Assembly: GCA_965371175.1 (NCBI GenBank)
Contig: CBDUXI010000003.1
Coordinates: forward strand, 20,493 to 84,492
Source: an uncultured bacterium
GTDB taxonomy: Bacteria > Nitrospirota > JACRHL01
Direction of reading: 5' to 3'
Length of the DNA stretch: 64,000 nucleotides
Position numbers and translations under genes: made by a program. The number at the start of each line of letters is the position of its first letter. The first letter of the stretch is position 1. The notes beneath the pieces were generated by a model that made no database searches, had not been told where the DNA came from, and saw only the letters and a list, made by a program, of their open reading frames with translations. Shown here piece after piece: positions 1 through 10,069 of this stretch.

Positions 1-692
1 CCCGTTATCTGGGCATCCCCCGTTTCCAGAAGGAATCCGAGGTCATGGGAGATGGGGGTCCAGGCACCGCCACCGGCCTTGCCTGGACCCCGGTGGGAGG
101 CGACCTGATCCACATTGAAGCCACCCTGGTAAAGGGCAAGGGGCAACTGATCCTGACCGGGCAATTGGGCGACGTCATGAAAGAATCGGCCCAGGCCGCC
201 TATACCTGCGTGCGTTCCCGCGCCAAGGAACTGGGCATCGATCACAAGGCACTGACAGAGAACGACATTCACATCCACGTGCCTGCGGGCGCCATTCCCA
301 AGGACGGCCCCAGTGCGGGGGTGACCATGGCCAGCGCCATCGCGTCGGTGCATACGGGTAAGCCGGTGCGTCGTCCGGTGGCCATGACCGGCGAGGTGAC
401 CCTGCGTGGCCACGTGCTGCCGGTGGGGGGGGTTAAGGAGAAGGTGCTGGCGGCCAAACGGGCCGGGATTACCGAAATCATCATGCCCCAGGAAAACGAA
501 AAGGACCTGGCCGACATCCCCCGGGAGGTGCGTGCCGGTATTGAATTCACCTTCGCCACCACGTTGGACGACGTATTTGCCGTGGCGTTTGAAAACATGC
601 CCGGAACGAAACGGCCTGCTTCGCTGGTAAAGAAGGGGCCACCTCCGGGCAACGATCGGCCCGATCCCCGCGAGCATCCGCTTCCCGTCTGA
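1..692 (+). CDS. lon: ATP-dependent Lon protease, C-terminal proteolytic domain (5' end lies outside the window)
   Basis: Frame is open from position 3. GLAWT, the catalytic Ser in PKDGPSAG, and Lys in LPVGGVKEK match the LonA peptidase S16 domain closely. Confidence 0.9.
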   Translation, partial: RYLGIPRFQKESEVMGDGGPGTATGLAWTPVGGDLIHIEATLVKGKGQLILTGQLGDVMKESAQAAYTCVRSRAKELGIDHKALTENDIHIHVPAGAIPKDGPSAGVTMASAIASVHTGKPVRRPVAMTGEVTLRGHVLPVGGVKEKVLAAKRAGITEIIMPQENEKDLADIPREVRAGIEFTFATTLDDVFAVAFENMPGTKRPASLVKKGPPPGNDRPDPREHPLPV

Positions 693-766
693 TTCTTTTG
701 TGGCGGTTAGACCCGGAATGCCGGGACGCAATAACATGGGCACCATGCCTTCACCATTTCCTGTGA

Positions 767-1759
767 GTGCGTAGTTTAATGGGTGCGGAGTTCGAGTTTA
801 TTTCCCGGATACAGGACATGGCACCCAGCGCCGGGTCCGACGCCGTGGTCATTGGCATCGGGGACGATTGCGCGGTATTGGCCCCCACCCATGGATGGGA
901 CCAGCTGATCTCCACCGACATGCTGATTGAGGGGGTTCACTTTGATCCGGACACCATTTCGCTGGTCGACCTGGGGCACAAGGCGCTGGCCGTCAATCTG
1001 AGCGATCTGGCCGCCATGGGGGGGGTTGCCCGTACGGCCACCCTGTCTTTGGGCCTGCCGGGGGTACCCCATGAATATCTGCCGCTGGTGCAGGGGTTTC
1101 TGGATCTGGCAGCGGTCCACGGAGTGAGGCTGGTGGGGGGTGATACCTGTGCGTCTCCCACAGGGATCTTGATTAGCGTGGGGGTGGGCGGTGAGGTGCC
1201 TGGGGGTACGGCCATCACCCGTGCAGGAGCCTGTCCAGGGGATCAGCTGTTTGTCACCGGTAGCATGGGGGACAGCGCCGCGGGGCTGTCCATTTTATCC
1301 GGAGCACAGCCCGGCGGCGATGACGATGCCACAAAACTGGTCGCCCGCCATACGCGTCCGACCCCCCGCTTGAGTACGGGCGCACGGCTCAGGGAACTGT
1401 CGACGCACGCCATGATCGACATATCTGACGGGTTGCTGGCCGATCTGGGCCATATTGCCCAGGCAAGCGCGGTGGGGATTCAGGTGAATGCAGAGGCGGT
1501 GCCGGTCTCTGTGCCGCTATCTGGAATGTGCAAAAAGTGGGGGGTCAGCCCCCTGAAATTTGCGCTCGGCGGTGGCGAGGATTACGAGTTGGCCTTTGCC
1601 ATACCTGCAAATCAAGCCACGTCGGTTGCCGAACTTGCCGATGCGGAAGGGCTGTCCGTCACTTGCATCGGTCAGGTGGTGGAAGGGGCCGGTGTGACCC
1701 TGCTTAAGGACGGTAAACAGGTGACGCCCCCGGTGCCGGGCTACGAGCACTTTTCATGA
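767..1759 (+). CDS. thiL: Thiamine-monophosphate kinase
   Basis: N-terminal GEFEFISRI motif and AIR-synthase-related fold (ISTDMLIEGVHF, GGDT). 330 aa, typical for ThiL. Confidence 0.85.
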   Translation: MRSLMGAEFEFISRIQDMAPSAGSDAVVIGIGDDCAVLAPTHGWDQLISTDMLIEGVHFDPDTISLVDLGHKALAVNLSDLAAMGGVARTATLSLGLPGVPHEYLPLVQGFLDLAAVHGVRLVGGDTCASPTGILISVGVGGEVPGGTAITRAGACPGDQLFVTGSMGDSAAGLSILSGAQPGGDDDATKLVARHTRPTPRLSTGARLRELSTHAMIDISDGLLADLGHIAQASAVGIQVNAEAVPVSVPLSGMCKKWGVSPLKFALGGGEDYELAFAIPANQATSVAELADAEGLSVTCIGQVVEGAGVTLLKDGKQVTPPVPGYEHFS

Positions 1760-2223
1760 AGAAGGTGACGTTGCGGGAGCGGCTGAAGTCCGTGCTCACC
1801 ATGGGAGAGTCTCCCAGAAAGCTGGCGCTGGCCTTTGCGGTCGGGGTGCTGATTGCCTTTACCCCCCTGTTCGGGGTGCATACCCTGATGGCGGTGGTGG
1901 CCGCGTGGATGTTTCGGCTGAACCCCATGGCCCTGTTTGCAGGGGCGTTTATCACCAACCCGTGGACGGTTGTGCCGATTTACGGGGCCTGTCTGTGGCT
2001 GGGCATTGAGTTATGGCCCCCGGCGCAGGGTCTGCCTCCCCTGCAACTTTCTGATATCAGTCTGACGGCGTTTCTGACCCAGTTGAAGCCGTACCTGATG
2101 CCGCTGGTGGTGGGAACGGCTGTTGCGGGGATCGTATGCGCCATGATCGGGTATGTGGTGGTGGTGCGGCTGGTGACGAATTACCGGCGTCGTCCGGAAC
2201 CGCAACAGGCGACTTCGGACTAA
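1756..2223 (+). CDS. DUF2062-family membrane protein
   Basis: Start overlaps the thiL stop by 4 bp. ALAFAVGVLIAFTPLFGVHTLMAVVAAWMFRLN is the DUF2062 signature. Hydrophobic throughout. Confidence 0.6.
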   Translation: MKKVTLRERLKSVLTMGESPRKLALAFAVGVLIAFTPLFGVHTLMAVVAAWMFRLNPMALFAGAFITNPWTVVPIYGACLWLGIELWPPAQGLPPLQLSDISLTAFLTQLKPYLMPLVVGTAVAGIVCAMIGYVVVVRLVTNYRRRPEPQQATSD

Positions 2224-2231
2224 AATCGCGT

Positions 2232-4388
2232 CTACTCGTCAGCCAGGCGGGTATTGACCCACTGCTCCGCCGCAAGGAAGCCGCCGCTGGCCTGGTCCAG
2301 AGCGCGGGCGGTTCCGGTCAAGGCCTCCCGGGCTTGTTGCACATCATCCGGGCTGCTGTCACCACCGCCGAAGACGGGGTCCAGCCCGGTGTAGAGGGTC
2401 ACCATGATGTCGTAAAGTGTGTGGGCCATTTCCCAGTCACGCTGGAAATTCGGATCGGGTGTGGTGGTGCCAAATTCGGTTACCTGTTTTTTCAGCACAT
2501 CGGCCAGTTTACCTAGCGGGCTGCCCTGCCGATCCACGGCCACCTGGGCAAGCTCCATCAGCTTGGGCAGGAACGACGTTGAGATTCTGGGTGGCAGCGC
2601 AAGGCAGGTGGTCAGGGCTTCCTCCAGACGTCGGGGGCTTTCCTCGTCGTGGTCGGTTACCAGGGCTACACGGGAGAGCGCAAACAGGGCGCCTGCCTTG
2701 ATCTCCGGTCCCACGGTACCTTCCTCGTACAGGTCTGCCGCATCGGTCAGGGTTTGATAGGCTGCCTCCGACTCCCCCTGGGCCAGTTGTATTTCCCCCA
2801 GATAGGTGGCGGCCTGGGCCGCAAACGCCCGGTTTTTGACGGCACGCAGGAGTGGCAACGCTTCTTCAAAGCTTTCCCGGGCTGCGTCCAGATCGCGGTC
2901 CTCGAACTGCAACAGGCCCAGGTGGTAACCGACGGAGCTTGCGCCAAATTGCTCACCGATTTCACGGAAGGTGGCAAGGGCCGCGATAAACTTTGCCTTG
3001 GCTGCCTCCCGGTCGCCCAGGCGCACGTACAGAAGGCCTGCGTAATCCTGCGCCAGCGCCACTTCATGGAACCGGTCCACCTCTTCACCGGCGGCAATAC
3101 CTGCACTCATCCATGCAAGCCCTTCGGATATCATGCCCCGGTCGGTAAACAGATGAAACAGGGTCAGGGAAAAATGCAGTACCAGTTGGCTGTCTTCCTC
3201 CACATCGACGCCGTCCTGTTGCATCCGCGTCACCGCCCACGAGAAAGCGGCACGCAGATTGACCCACTCCTGCGTCATATAGCGGAGCGCCTCGCTCAGC
3301 TTGCCCTCGTCCATCATGTTTTTGCATTCGTTGACCATCTGGTGCAGGTGCATGGCCACCTGTTCGCGGTAGGCCTCGGCACGGTTTCCCGTCACGGCCT
3401 GCGCGTATTCACGGACCGCAGCATGGAGGTAGTGGCGCTCTCCCGCCACCTCGCACAGCCCGGTTTTGATCAATAATGCCGCCGCTTCCTCCCAATCGCC
3501 GCCATAGGTGGCGGACAGGGTGACGCCTGTGGCACCGCCGACAAAGCCGTGGAGCAGACCCATGAGCCGGATGGCCTCTTCGTTCAGGTCGTCACCGGCG
3601 ATGGCCAGGGCCAACCGGAGTCCGTGAGGAAGGTCGACGCCGTCTGCCAGCGGACAACTATCAAACCCTTCCTCAATTAAGTGGGTCCAGCGCGGCGGGC
3701 GGCACCAGGTGCTGGTGAGGCGAATGGCCAGCGGGTTGCCATCGAGTTTGACGAGTACATCGGCCAGCGCCGTATCGTCCTGTTCCGGGCTGGTGCTGAC
3801 TGAATCGGGCAAGTGAGCGCAAAAGACGTCAAACGCGTCGTTATCCGGCAACGCTCCCAGTGTGTATCCGGGGGTATCGGCAAGCGGCGCGCGGCTGACA
3901 ATCAGGTGGTGTACGCTGTCCACATTGCCAAACCGTTCAAATAGAAAGGCGCGTATCTCTGTTGCCTTATGGGCGGCCATTTCGTCCATCTGGTCCCAGA
4001 TTAACAGTACTTTGCGACCCGCAAGGGTTTCCTCCAGGGGGCGGGTTTCGTTCAGTCTGAAGGCGAGTACCAGGGTGCCCATGAGCGATGCGACTTCCCC
4101 GGCGCCGTCCATATTCAGATAAAATACGCCGTGGGGGAACAGTCCTTTTTCGAGGGCCTTGTGGCCGACCGCGCGGCACAATTCCGACTTGCCGATCCCG
4201 GCGGGACCCGTCAGATGGCTGACCCGCTCCTGCGTAAGCACCTTCAGCACGGCTTCGATGTCCGTATCACGGCCGCAAAAGGCACGACTGACGGGGCGCA
4301 GGTTGTGAGGGATTGGGCTGTTCATGTCTGTTCCTGGACGTCTGAATTTTAAAATGGGGCTGCGGGCAGCCTGATCCCGTATCGGCAC
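2232..4388 (-). CDS. STAND-class NTPase (NB-ARC/NACHT-like P-loop) with C-terminal TPR repeats; no recognisable N-terminal effector or DNA-binding domain
   Basis: Walker A GPAGIGKSE about 50 aa from the N-terminus. Walker B VLLIWDQMDE. The C-terminal half has repeated TPR-like helices (AQDYAGLLYVRLGD, AATYLGEIQLAQGESEAA). Alternative start at 4325 (MNSPIP). Confidence 0.7.
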   Translation of the reverse strand: MPIRDQAARSPILKFRRPGTDMNSPIPHNLRPVSRAFCGRDTDIEAVLKVLTQERVSHLTGPAGIGKSELCRAVGHKALEKGLFPHGVFYLNMDGAGEVASLMGTLVLAFRLNETRPLEETLAGRKVLLIWDQMDEMAAHKATEIRAFLFERFGNVDSVHHLIVSRAPLADTPGYTLGALPDNDAFDVFCAHLPDSVSTSPEQDDTALADVLVKLDGNPLAIRLTSTWCRPPRWTHLIEEGFDSCPLADGVDLPHGLRLALAIAGDDLNEEAIRLMGLLHGFVGGATGVTLSATYGGDWEEAAALLIKTGLCEVAGERHYLHAAVREYAQAVTGNRAEAYREQVAMHLHQMVNECKNMMDEGKLSEALRYMTQEWVNLRAAFSWAVTRMQQDGVDVEEDSQLVLHFSLTLFHLFTDRGMISEGLAWMSAGIAAGEEVDRFHEVALAQDYAGLLYVRLGDREAAKAKFIAALATFREIGEQFGASSVGYHLGLLQFEDRDLDAARESFEEALPLLRAVKNRAFAAQAATYLGEIQLAQGESEAAYQTLTDAADLYEEGTVGPEIKAGALFALSRVALVTDHDEESPRRLEEALTTCLALPPRISTSFLPKLMELAQVAVDRQGSPLGKLADVLKKQVTEFGTTTPDPNFQRDWEMAHTLYDIMVTLYTGLDPVFGGGDSSPDDVQQAREALTGTARALDQASGGFLAAEQWVNTRLADE

Positions 4389-4531
4389 CCCGCGAGGTCT
4401 CCTTTACGGTGGAGCCCGATTGCCACGTGCAACACCTTGTTCGTCAAAAACACGACATGGTAGCATGACGTATGTAGGGCGGCGCACGCATTTAGCGTGT
4501 GTGAGCGGTTTACCCTCTGTAAGGAGACAGC

Positions 4532-4762
4532 GTGGAAGACATCAACATGTCGGAAAAATTTCGCAGCGGGTGCAAAAAGTTCGGGATTACCGATGATATC
4601 GTCGAGGCGGCGCTGACGCGCAGTGCCCTCACCCCGGAAGAGTTACTGACCATCGACACCACCACCTCGGACCGCAATTTCAAGGTGTCTTACCTGAACA
4701 AGGCGGGCGAGAAGAAGTGGATTCACCTGTTCATGGTGGTCCCCAAAGCCGCCGTCGCGTAG
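4532..4762 (+). CDS. Hypothetical 76-aa protein
   Basis: GTG start preceded by AAGGAG at -12. Divergent from the STAND gene. No recognisable family. Confidence 0.35.
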   Translation: MEDINMSEKFRSGCKKFGITDDIVEAALTRSALTPEELLTIDTTTSDRNFKVSYLNKAGEKKWIHLFMVVPKAAVA

Positions 4763-4784
4763 GCGGCGGATATTACGGCACCGG

Positions 4785-5019
4785 CTTCGTTGCTGTTCGG
4801 AAAAAAACACTCAACGTAGCACGCTACGCCTCTCGTTTTTCCCCTTCGCGCGCCTCGCATCTGCCGCAATCTCCACCGCCTCCCCGGCAGCGGATATGCT
4901 GCCATCTCCTTCGTTGCTGCTTGTGGAAAAATCCTCGACGTAGAAGACTACGCCTCCGGTTTTTTCTCCGCGCGCGCCTCGGATATGACAACATCTCCAC
5001 CGCCTCCCCTGATTGTCAT
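4785..5019. repeat. Imperfect tandem direct repeat, two units of about 105-115 bp at roughly 80% identity
   Basis: Unit 1 about 4785-4884 and unit 2 about 4908-5019 align: cttcgttgctg...ggaaaaa...cgacgtag...ctacgcctc...ttttt...cgcgcgcctcg...atctccaccgcctcccc. Confidence 0.6.
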
Positions 5020-5027
5020 TCCCGCAT

Positions 5028-5047
5028 ACGCGGGAATCCAGAAGGGG
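5028..5047. repeat. Palindrome ATTCCC-N8-GGGAAT (attcccgcatacgcgggaat), REP/dRS3-like hairpin element
   Basis: Perfect 8-bp inverted repeat with a 4-nt loop. Flanked by tgtc...ccagaa. Only one copy in this window. Confidence 0.45.
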
Positions 5048-5213
5048 TCACGCCGGGTGCCGGTTCAGCGCCCGATCATGTGGACACAGTGTCTTGCCGT
5101 GGTTTTCATGCCACAGGCCTGGTGATGGCCGGGAACTGGATTCCAGGCTTTCGCGGGAATGACCAAAAGAAGGGGTGAAGGCAGGGCGGTCAACCGCCCC
5201 ACGAAATCCGCAG

Positions 5214-6575
5214 CTAGTTATTGAGCCCGGCCAGGGGGGCCGGGATGCGTCCGCCACGGGCGATCAGGGCGGCGGAAGAGCCGGAATGGACCGGCATCAC
5301 CGGCGCTTCGCCCAGCAGCCCGCCAAAGCGCACCATGTCGCCCACTTTCCGGCCCGGTGCCGGGATCAGCCGCACCGCCGTGGTCTTGCGGTTGATGACG
5401 CCGATGGCGGCCTCGTCGGCAATGATGGCCGAGATGGTTTCCGGGGGCGTGTCGCCCGGCACGGCAATCATGTCCAGCCCCACGGAACAGACGGCAGTCA
5501 TGGCCTCCAGCTTGTCAATGGTCAGCGCCCCTTCCGCTGCGCGGCGGATCATGACGGCATCTTCACTGACCGGGATAAACGCGCCGGACAGCCCCCCCAC
5601 GTGGCTGGAGGCAAACGCACCGCCTTTTTTTACCGCATCGTTCAACATGGCAAGCGCCGCGGTGGAGCCGTGGGTGCCCACCTGGGCCAGCCCGATGCGC
5701 TCCAGAATTTCCCCCACGGAATCCCCCACCTTGTCGGTGGGCGCAAGGGACAAATCCAGAATACCGAACGATACCCCCAGGCGGCGGGACAGCTCCCTGC
5801 CCACAAGCTCCCCTGCGCGGGTGATCTGGAAGGCGGCTTTTTTGATGATGGAGGCCACCTCTCCCAGATCGGCGTCCTCTGCGCCGGTGAGTGCCCGGGC
5901 CACCACGCCGGGGCCGCTGATGCCCACATTAAGGCTGGTTTCCGGCTCGCCGGTACCGTGAAAGGCACCCGCCATGAACGGGTTGTCCCCCACGCAGTTG
6001 GCAAACACCACCAGCTTGGCGCAAGCGATGCCGTTTTCATCTTTGGTGCGCCGGGCCGCCTCCACAATCACCTGCCCCATGGTGGCGATCACATCCATGT
6101 TGATGCCCGCATGGGTGGAGGCCACGTTCACGCTGGCGCACACACGCCCGGTTTCGGCCAACACGGCAGGCAGGGCGGCAAGAAACGTCTCTTCTGCGCG
6201 GGTGGTGCCTTTTTCCACCAGGGCGGAAAAACCACCGATGAAATCCACCCCCACGTCTGCCGCCGCTTGGTCCATGGCCTGACCCAGCTGCACGAAGTCA
6301 TCTTCGTTTGGGTCTGCCATCAGGTTGGCCACCGGGGTGACCGCCACCCTGGCGTTGACGATGGGCACGCCGTATTCACCGGAAATTTTTTCGGCTTCGG
6401 GCTTTAAATTTTTGGCCTTGCCACGGATGCGTGCGCCCACTTTCTCTGCCACCTGGCGCGGGTCGGGACCCGCGCAATCTTGAAGGTTGAGGCCCATGGT
6501 GACCGTGCGGATATCCAGGTGGGCCTCCTGGACCATGCCGAGGGACTCAAAAATTTCCTGTATGGTCAGTGACAC
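5214..6575 (-). CDS. UPF0210 / DUF711 family protein
   Basis: Motifs [32 protein letters not shown] and GGRIPAPL match the conserved COG2848 family. About 450 aa. Confidence 0.85.
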   Translation of the reverse strand: MSLTIQEIFESLGMVQEAHLDIRTVTMGLNLQDCAGPDPRQVAEKVGARIRGKAKNLKPEAEKISGEYGVPIVNARVAVTPVANLMADPNEDDFVQLGQAMDQAAADVGVDFIGGFSALVEKGTTRAEETFLAALPAVLAETGRVCASVNVASTHAGINMDVIATMGQVIVEAARRTKDENGIACAKLVVFANCVGDNPFMAGAFHGTGEPETSLNVGISGPGVVARALTGAEDADLGEVASIIKKAAFQITRAGELVGRELSRRLGVSFGILDLSLAPTDKVGDSVGEILERIGLAQVGTHGSTAALAMLNDAVKKGGAFASSHVGGLSGAFIPVSEDAVMIRRAAEGALTIDKLEAMTAVCSVGLDMIAVPGDTPPETISAIIADEAAIGVINRKTTAVRLIPAPGRKVGDMVRFGGLLGEAPVMPVHSGSSAALIARGGRIPAPLAGLNN

Positions 6576-6583
6576 GGTGGTGC

Positions 6584-6886
6584 TTATACCCGGTGCATGG
6601 CGCGGAAAATATCCTCCCGCTGCACCCGTATTTCCACCCCGATTTCCTCCCCCAGGGCAGCAAGGCGGGTGCGGATGGTATCGAACGGTGGGCTGTCCGC
6701 GCTCAGATCGGCCACCGCCACCATGGCAAACAGGTCGCCCCGAAGGACGGTCTGGGAAATATCGATCAGGTTGGCATGGGCGTCCGCCAGCACGCTGGTG
6801 ACCCGTGAGACGATGCCCACCTTGTCCACCCCCTGCACGGTGACGACGATGCGCCCCGCCGGATTGGCCGCATCTTTTTTATTCAT
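6584..6886 (-). CDS. ACT-domain protein, UPF0237 family (conserved partner of UPF0210)
   Basis: [22 protein letters not shown]...[13 protein letters not shown]. 100 aa. Sits directly upstream of the UPF0210 gene on the same strand. Confidence 0.8.
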   Translation of the reverse strand: MNKKDAANPAGRIVVTVQGVDKVGIVSRVTSVLADAHANLIDISQTVLRGDLFAMVAVADLSADSPPFDTIRTRLAALGEEIGVEIRVQREDIFRAMHRV

Positions 6887-8385
6887 GAGTCCAGCCCTTC
6901 GCGGGCCAGGGTGATGGCACGGACCATGGCCTGCGCCTTGTTTTCGGTTTCTTCAAACTCGCTGTCCGGGTCGGAGTCGGCCACGATTCCGGCCCCGGAT
7001 TGCAGGTAGGCCACGCCATTTTTGATCAGCACGGTGCGAATGTTGATGGCCATGTCGGAACTGCCGTCAAAGGCAAAATAGCCGACCGCGCCGCCGTACA
7101 GCCCGCGGGGGGACGGCTCCAGTTCTGCAATGATCTGCATGGCGCGAATCTTGGGTGCGCCCGAAAGAGTCCCCGCAGGGAAACAGGAGATCAGCACGTC
7201 GTAGGCGTCCAGCCCTGGCTTTAAGTCGCCGCCCACATGGGATACCAGGTGCATGACGTGGGAGTAGCGCTCCACCACCATAAATTCATCCACCTTTACG
7301 CTGCCGATGGTGGCCACCCGGCCCACGTCGTTGCGGCCCAGGTCGACCAGCATCAAATGTTCGGCGCACTCCTTGGGGTCGGCGGCCAACTCCTTTTCCA
7401 GGTCTTGATCGGCTTCGGCATTTTTGCCCCGTGGCCGGGTGCCTGCGATGGGACGCACGTCCACCCGCCCCCCCTGGGTACGCACCAGTATCTCTGGCGA
7501 AGCCCCCACCACATGGTGATCGTCCCGATGCAGGTAATACATATACGGCGACGGGTTTACCCGCCGCAAGGCCCGGTAAAGGTCCAGCGGGGAGCAGCCC
7601 AGATCAGTGGTGAAGCGCTGGGACAGCACCACCTGAAACACGTCGCCTGCGCGGATATATTCCTTGGCACGGGCCACCATGTCGCAATACCGCGCCCGCC
7701 CCATGTTGGAGGAGATGGTGACGGCTTTCGTTGCGGCGGCAGACGGCTCAGGCCGATCCAGCGGGGCGTTCAGCCGTTTGACGGTGTCGTCGATGGTCTG
7801 CACCGCTTCGTCGTAGGCGGCCTTCAGGTCGGTCCCGTCAGTGTGCACATTGGCGACCACCTGAATCACCTGGCGGGCGGCGTCGAACACCACCAGCCGG
7901 TCGGTAATCAAAAAGCAGAAGTCATCCAGCCCCAGGCCACAGGTTTCGGGATCGGTCAGATTGACCGGAATGTCGTCAAAAAAGCGCACCATGTCGTAGG
8001 CCACATACCCCACCGCACCACCGGCAAACGGTGGCAGCCCGTCCACCTGCACCGGGGTGAACTGCTGCATATAGGCGCGCACGGCGGTCAGCGGGTTGCC
8101 TTCGTATTCAAGCGGGGCCGACTTGCCATCGTGGGTCACGGTGACCGTCTCGCCCCGACCGGTGATGATCACCTTGGGGTCGCTCCCCAAAAATGAATAG
8201 CGCGCCCACTTCTCCCCGCCTTCCACACTTTCCAGCAGAAAACTGTTGGTGCTTGTCGCTTTCAGCTTCATGAAGGCGGACACCGGCGTATCCATGTCGG
8301 CAGTGATCTCCCGGTAGACGGGAATCAGGTTGCCGCGCTTGGCGAGCGTTTCAAACGTTTTAAAATCGGGGTGATGGGTGGCCAC
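6883..8385 (-). CDS. trpE: Anthranilate synthase component I
   Basis: 500 aa with chorismate-binding signatures (LLESVEGGEKWARYSF, GYVAYD, SPE..VR, GAVGY). No adjacent trpG. Confidence 0.9.
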   Translation of the reverse strand: MATHHPDFKTFETLAKRGNLIPVYREITADMDTPVSAFMKLKATSTNSFLLESVEGGEKWARYSFLGSDPKVIITGRGETVTVTHDGKSAPLEYEGNPLTAVRAYMQQFTPVQVDGLPPFAGGAVGYVAYDMVRFFDDIPVNLTDPETCGLGLDDFCFLITDRLVVFDAARQVIQVVANVHTDGTDLKAAYDEAVQTIDDTVKRLNAPLDRPEPSAAATKAVTISSNMGRARYCDMVARAKEYIRAGDVFQVVLSQRFTTDLGCSPLDLYRALRRVNPSPYMYYLHRDDHHVVGASPEILVRTQGGRVDVRPIAGTRPRGKNAEADQDLEKELAADPKECAEHLMLVDLGRNDVGRVATIGSVKVDEFMVVERYSHVMHLVSHVGGDLKPGLDAYDVLISCFPAGTLSGAPKIRAMQIIAELEPSPRGLYGGAVGYFAFDGSSDMAINIRTVLIKNGVAYLQSGAGIVADSDPDSEFEETENKAQAMVRAITLAREGLDS

Positions 8386-8400
8386 AGCGTCCGCCTGTCT

Positions 8401-8874
8401 CTAGCTCAGACCCTGCACGGCACCTAGAACCTCCTGGGCGTGGCCTTTCACTTTCACCTTGGGCCATGCGTGGGCAACGCGCCCGTCCTTATCGATCACG
8501 AAGGTGGACCGAACGATGCCCATATAGGTGCGCCCGTAATTCTTTTTTTCCGCCCAGACGCCGTACGCCGTAAGCATGGTGTGGTCCGGGTCGGACAGCA
8601 GCGGGAAGTTCAGGTTCTGTTTGGCAATAAATTTTTCGTGGGAGGTGATGGAGTCGGCGCTCACCCCGAACACGGCGGCACCGGCCTTTTTAAACTCGGC
8701 CGCCAGATCGCGAAAATCGCACGCCTCGATGGTGCAGCCGGGGGTGCTGTCCTTGGGATAAAAATAAAGCACCACCGGATGGCCTTTCAGGCTGTCCAGC
8801 GACACGTTGCCGCCGGTGCTTACGGCAAGGTCAAAGGTTGGGGCGGAATCGCCCACCTGGGGCATTTGGCTCAT
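8401..8874 (-). CDS. bcp: Peroxiredoxin Bcp (thiol peroxidase)
   Basis: VVLYFYPKDSTPGCTIEACDFRD is the AhpC/TSA family signature. Confidence 0.85.
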   Translation of the reverse strand: MSQMPQVGDSAPTFDLAVSTGGNVSLDSLKGHPVVLYFYPKDSTPGCTIEACDFRDLAAEFKKAGAAVFGVSADSITSHEKFIAKQNLNFPLLSDPDHTMLTAYGVWAEKKNYGRTYMGIVRSTFVIDKDGRVAHAWPKVKVKGHAQEVLGAVQGLS

Positions 8875-8881
8875 GGTGTAC

Positions 8882-9715
8882 CTATTGTCCTGTTGAAGTT
8901 GCAGGGGCGCTTTGGGGCGTATCGTCCAGCCAGCTTTTTTGGCCGCACACGCAGATAAACGGGCTGTCCGTGCCGCCCAGTACGGTCAGGTGAGCCCGGG
9001 TTAACACGTCTTGGTCGGTGCCGGTATCGCCGTAAGCTTCCCGCTCTTCGTCAAACACCGCCTGCTGGAGGGTTTCCACCGCCTCGCTCGGTTTTACGCC
9101 GATAAAGTGCTCTTTTAAAATAGGGTCGTCCATGGCGGCAAGTTTGGCGGCGTTTCTTCTCACTAACAGCTTGATGGCCATGGAAGAGCCGGATTTGAAG
9201 GCCCCGGCGCGGATGCACTTGCGGCGGGCTTTGCCGGGTTTGACGGTCCATTCTTCAATGGCCGCTTTGGAATGGGCCATGGCCCCGTAGGTGACCAGTT
9301 GGTGGGCCAGATTAAAGAAGGTGGAGTACGACACGATGGTGCTGCAGTCGAAGCGTTCTTCCAACAACGGGAGCGGATCGAACGACAGCCGGTTGGAGTT
9401 TTCAATTTGCTCCGTTGTGGCCATATGCGCCGGGAACCCCACATCGCCCATGGCGGTGGCGTAAAACAGGGTGTCAAATTTTTTCCCCGAGGCCTTTTCG
9501 ATATCGTCCCAACAGGCCGGGTCGGAAATGTCGCCAAACAGCACGGTATCGGCGCCGTCGATGGCCAACTCCTCATTCTTTCTGCCGTACCAGACGACGG
9601 TGATGTGGGCCGCGTTGCCAAACTTCTGCCGTACTGCATTGATGGCGGCGCTGCCCGCCACCCCTGTGCCACCGATTACCAGATACCGTTTCATTCTTCG
9701 TTTTGCCCTTTGCAC
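8882..9715 (-). CDS. NAD(P)-binding Rossmann-fold oxidoreductase, possibly enoyl-reductase-like
   Basis: N-terminal YLVIGGTGVAGSAAI dinucleotide-binding motif. Y-x6-K (YGAMAHSK) resembles FabI/FabL-type enoyl reductases. Likely start at 9694 (MKRYLV). Confidence 0.45.
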   Translation of the reverse strand: MQRAKRRMKRYLVIGGTGVAGSAAINAVRQKFGNAAHITVVWYGRKNEELAIDGADTVLFGDISDPACWDDIEKASGKKFDTLFYATAMGDVGFPAHMATTEQIENSNRLSFDPLPLLEERFDCSTIVSYSTFFNLAHQLVTYGAMAHSKAAIEEWTVKPGKARRKCIRAGAFKSGSSMAIKLLVRRNAAKLAAMDDPILKEHFIGVKPSEAVETLQQAVFDEEREAYGDTGTDQDVLTRAHLTVLGGTDSPFICVCGQKSWLDDTPQSAPATSTGQ

Positions 9716-9837
9716 TGGCCACGCTCTTTCCCGCGCGGGGGTTGTTCCGGTCGTGTACTATAACAACCCCCAAGCATACCCCGAACAGGGCTTTATCAGC
9801 CGGGATCAGGTCGAATTTTAGTATAAAGCGATTTTTC

Positions 9838-10047
9838 ATGAGCCCGGACGACGTATTTGGCATTGGTATTTTTTCCTTTTTCGTACTGACGGTGGCGGTC
9901 TTTTTTTACGTGGCCCACATGTTCATAAACAAAACCGGTACCCCGATCAAACCGGGGGAAAAGGCCATCATGATCGGGTCGGTGGTAGGGGTGCTGCTGG
10001 TGCTGGTGTACGCCGTGTTCGCCTTTATCTTCAAAATCATTATCTAG
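9838..10047 (+). CDS. Small hydrophobic membrane protein (69 aa)
   Basis: Two predicted TM helices. Directly upstream of the cytochrome c gene. Confidence 0.3.
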   Translation: MSPDDVFGIGIFSFFVLTVAVFFYVAHMFINKTGTPIKPGEKAIMIGSVVGVLLVLVYAVFAFIFKIII

Positions 10048-10069
10048 TCTGGGCGGGAACGGTCTTTTC

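Noticed and set aside
5175-6407. 410-aa + strand ORF overlapping the UPF0210 gene
   Set aside because: The minus-strand frame aligns motif-for-motif with the UPF0210 family. The + frame is Gly/His/Arg-rich with no signature.
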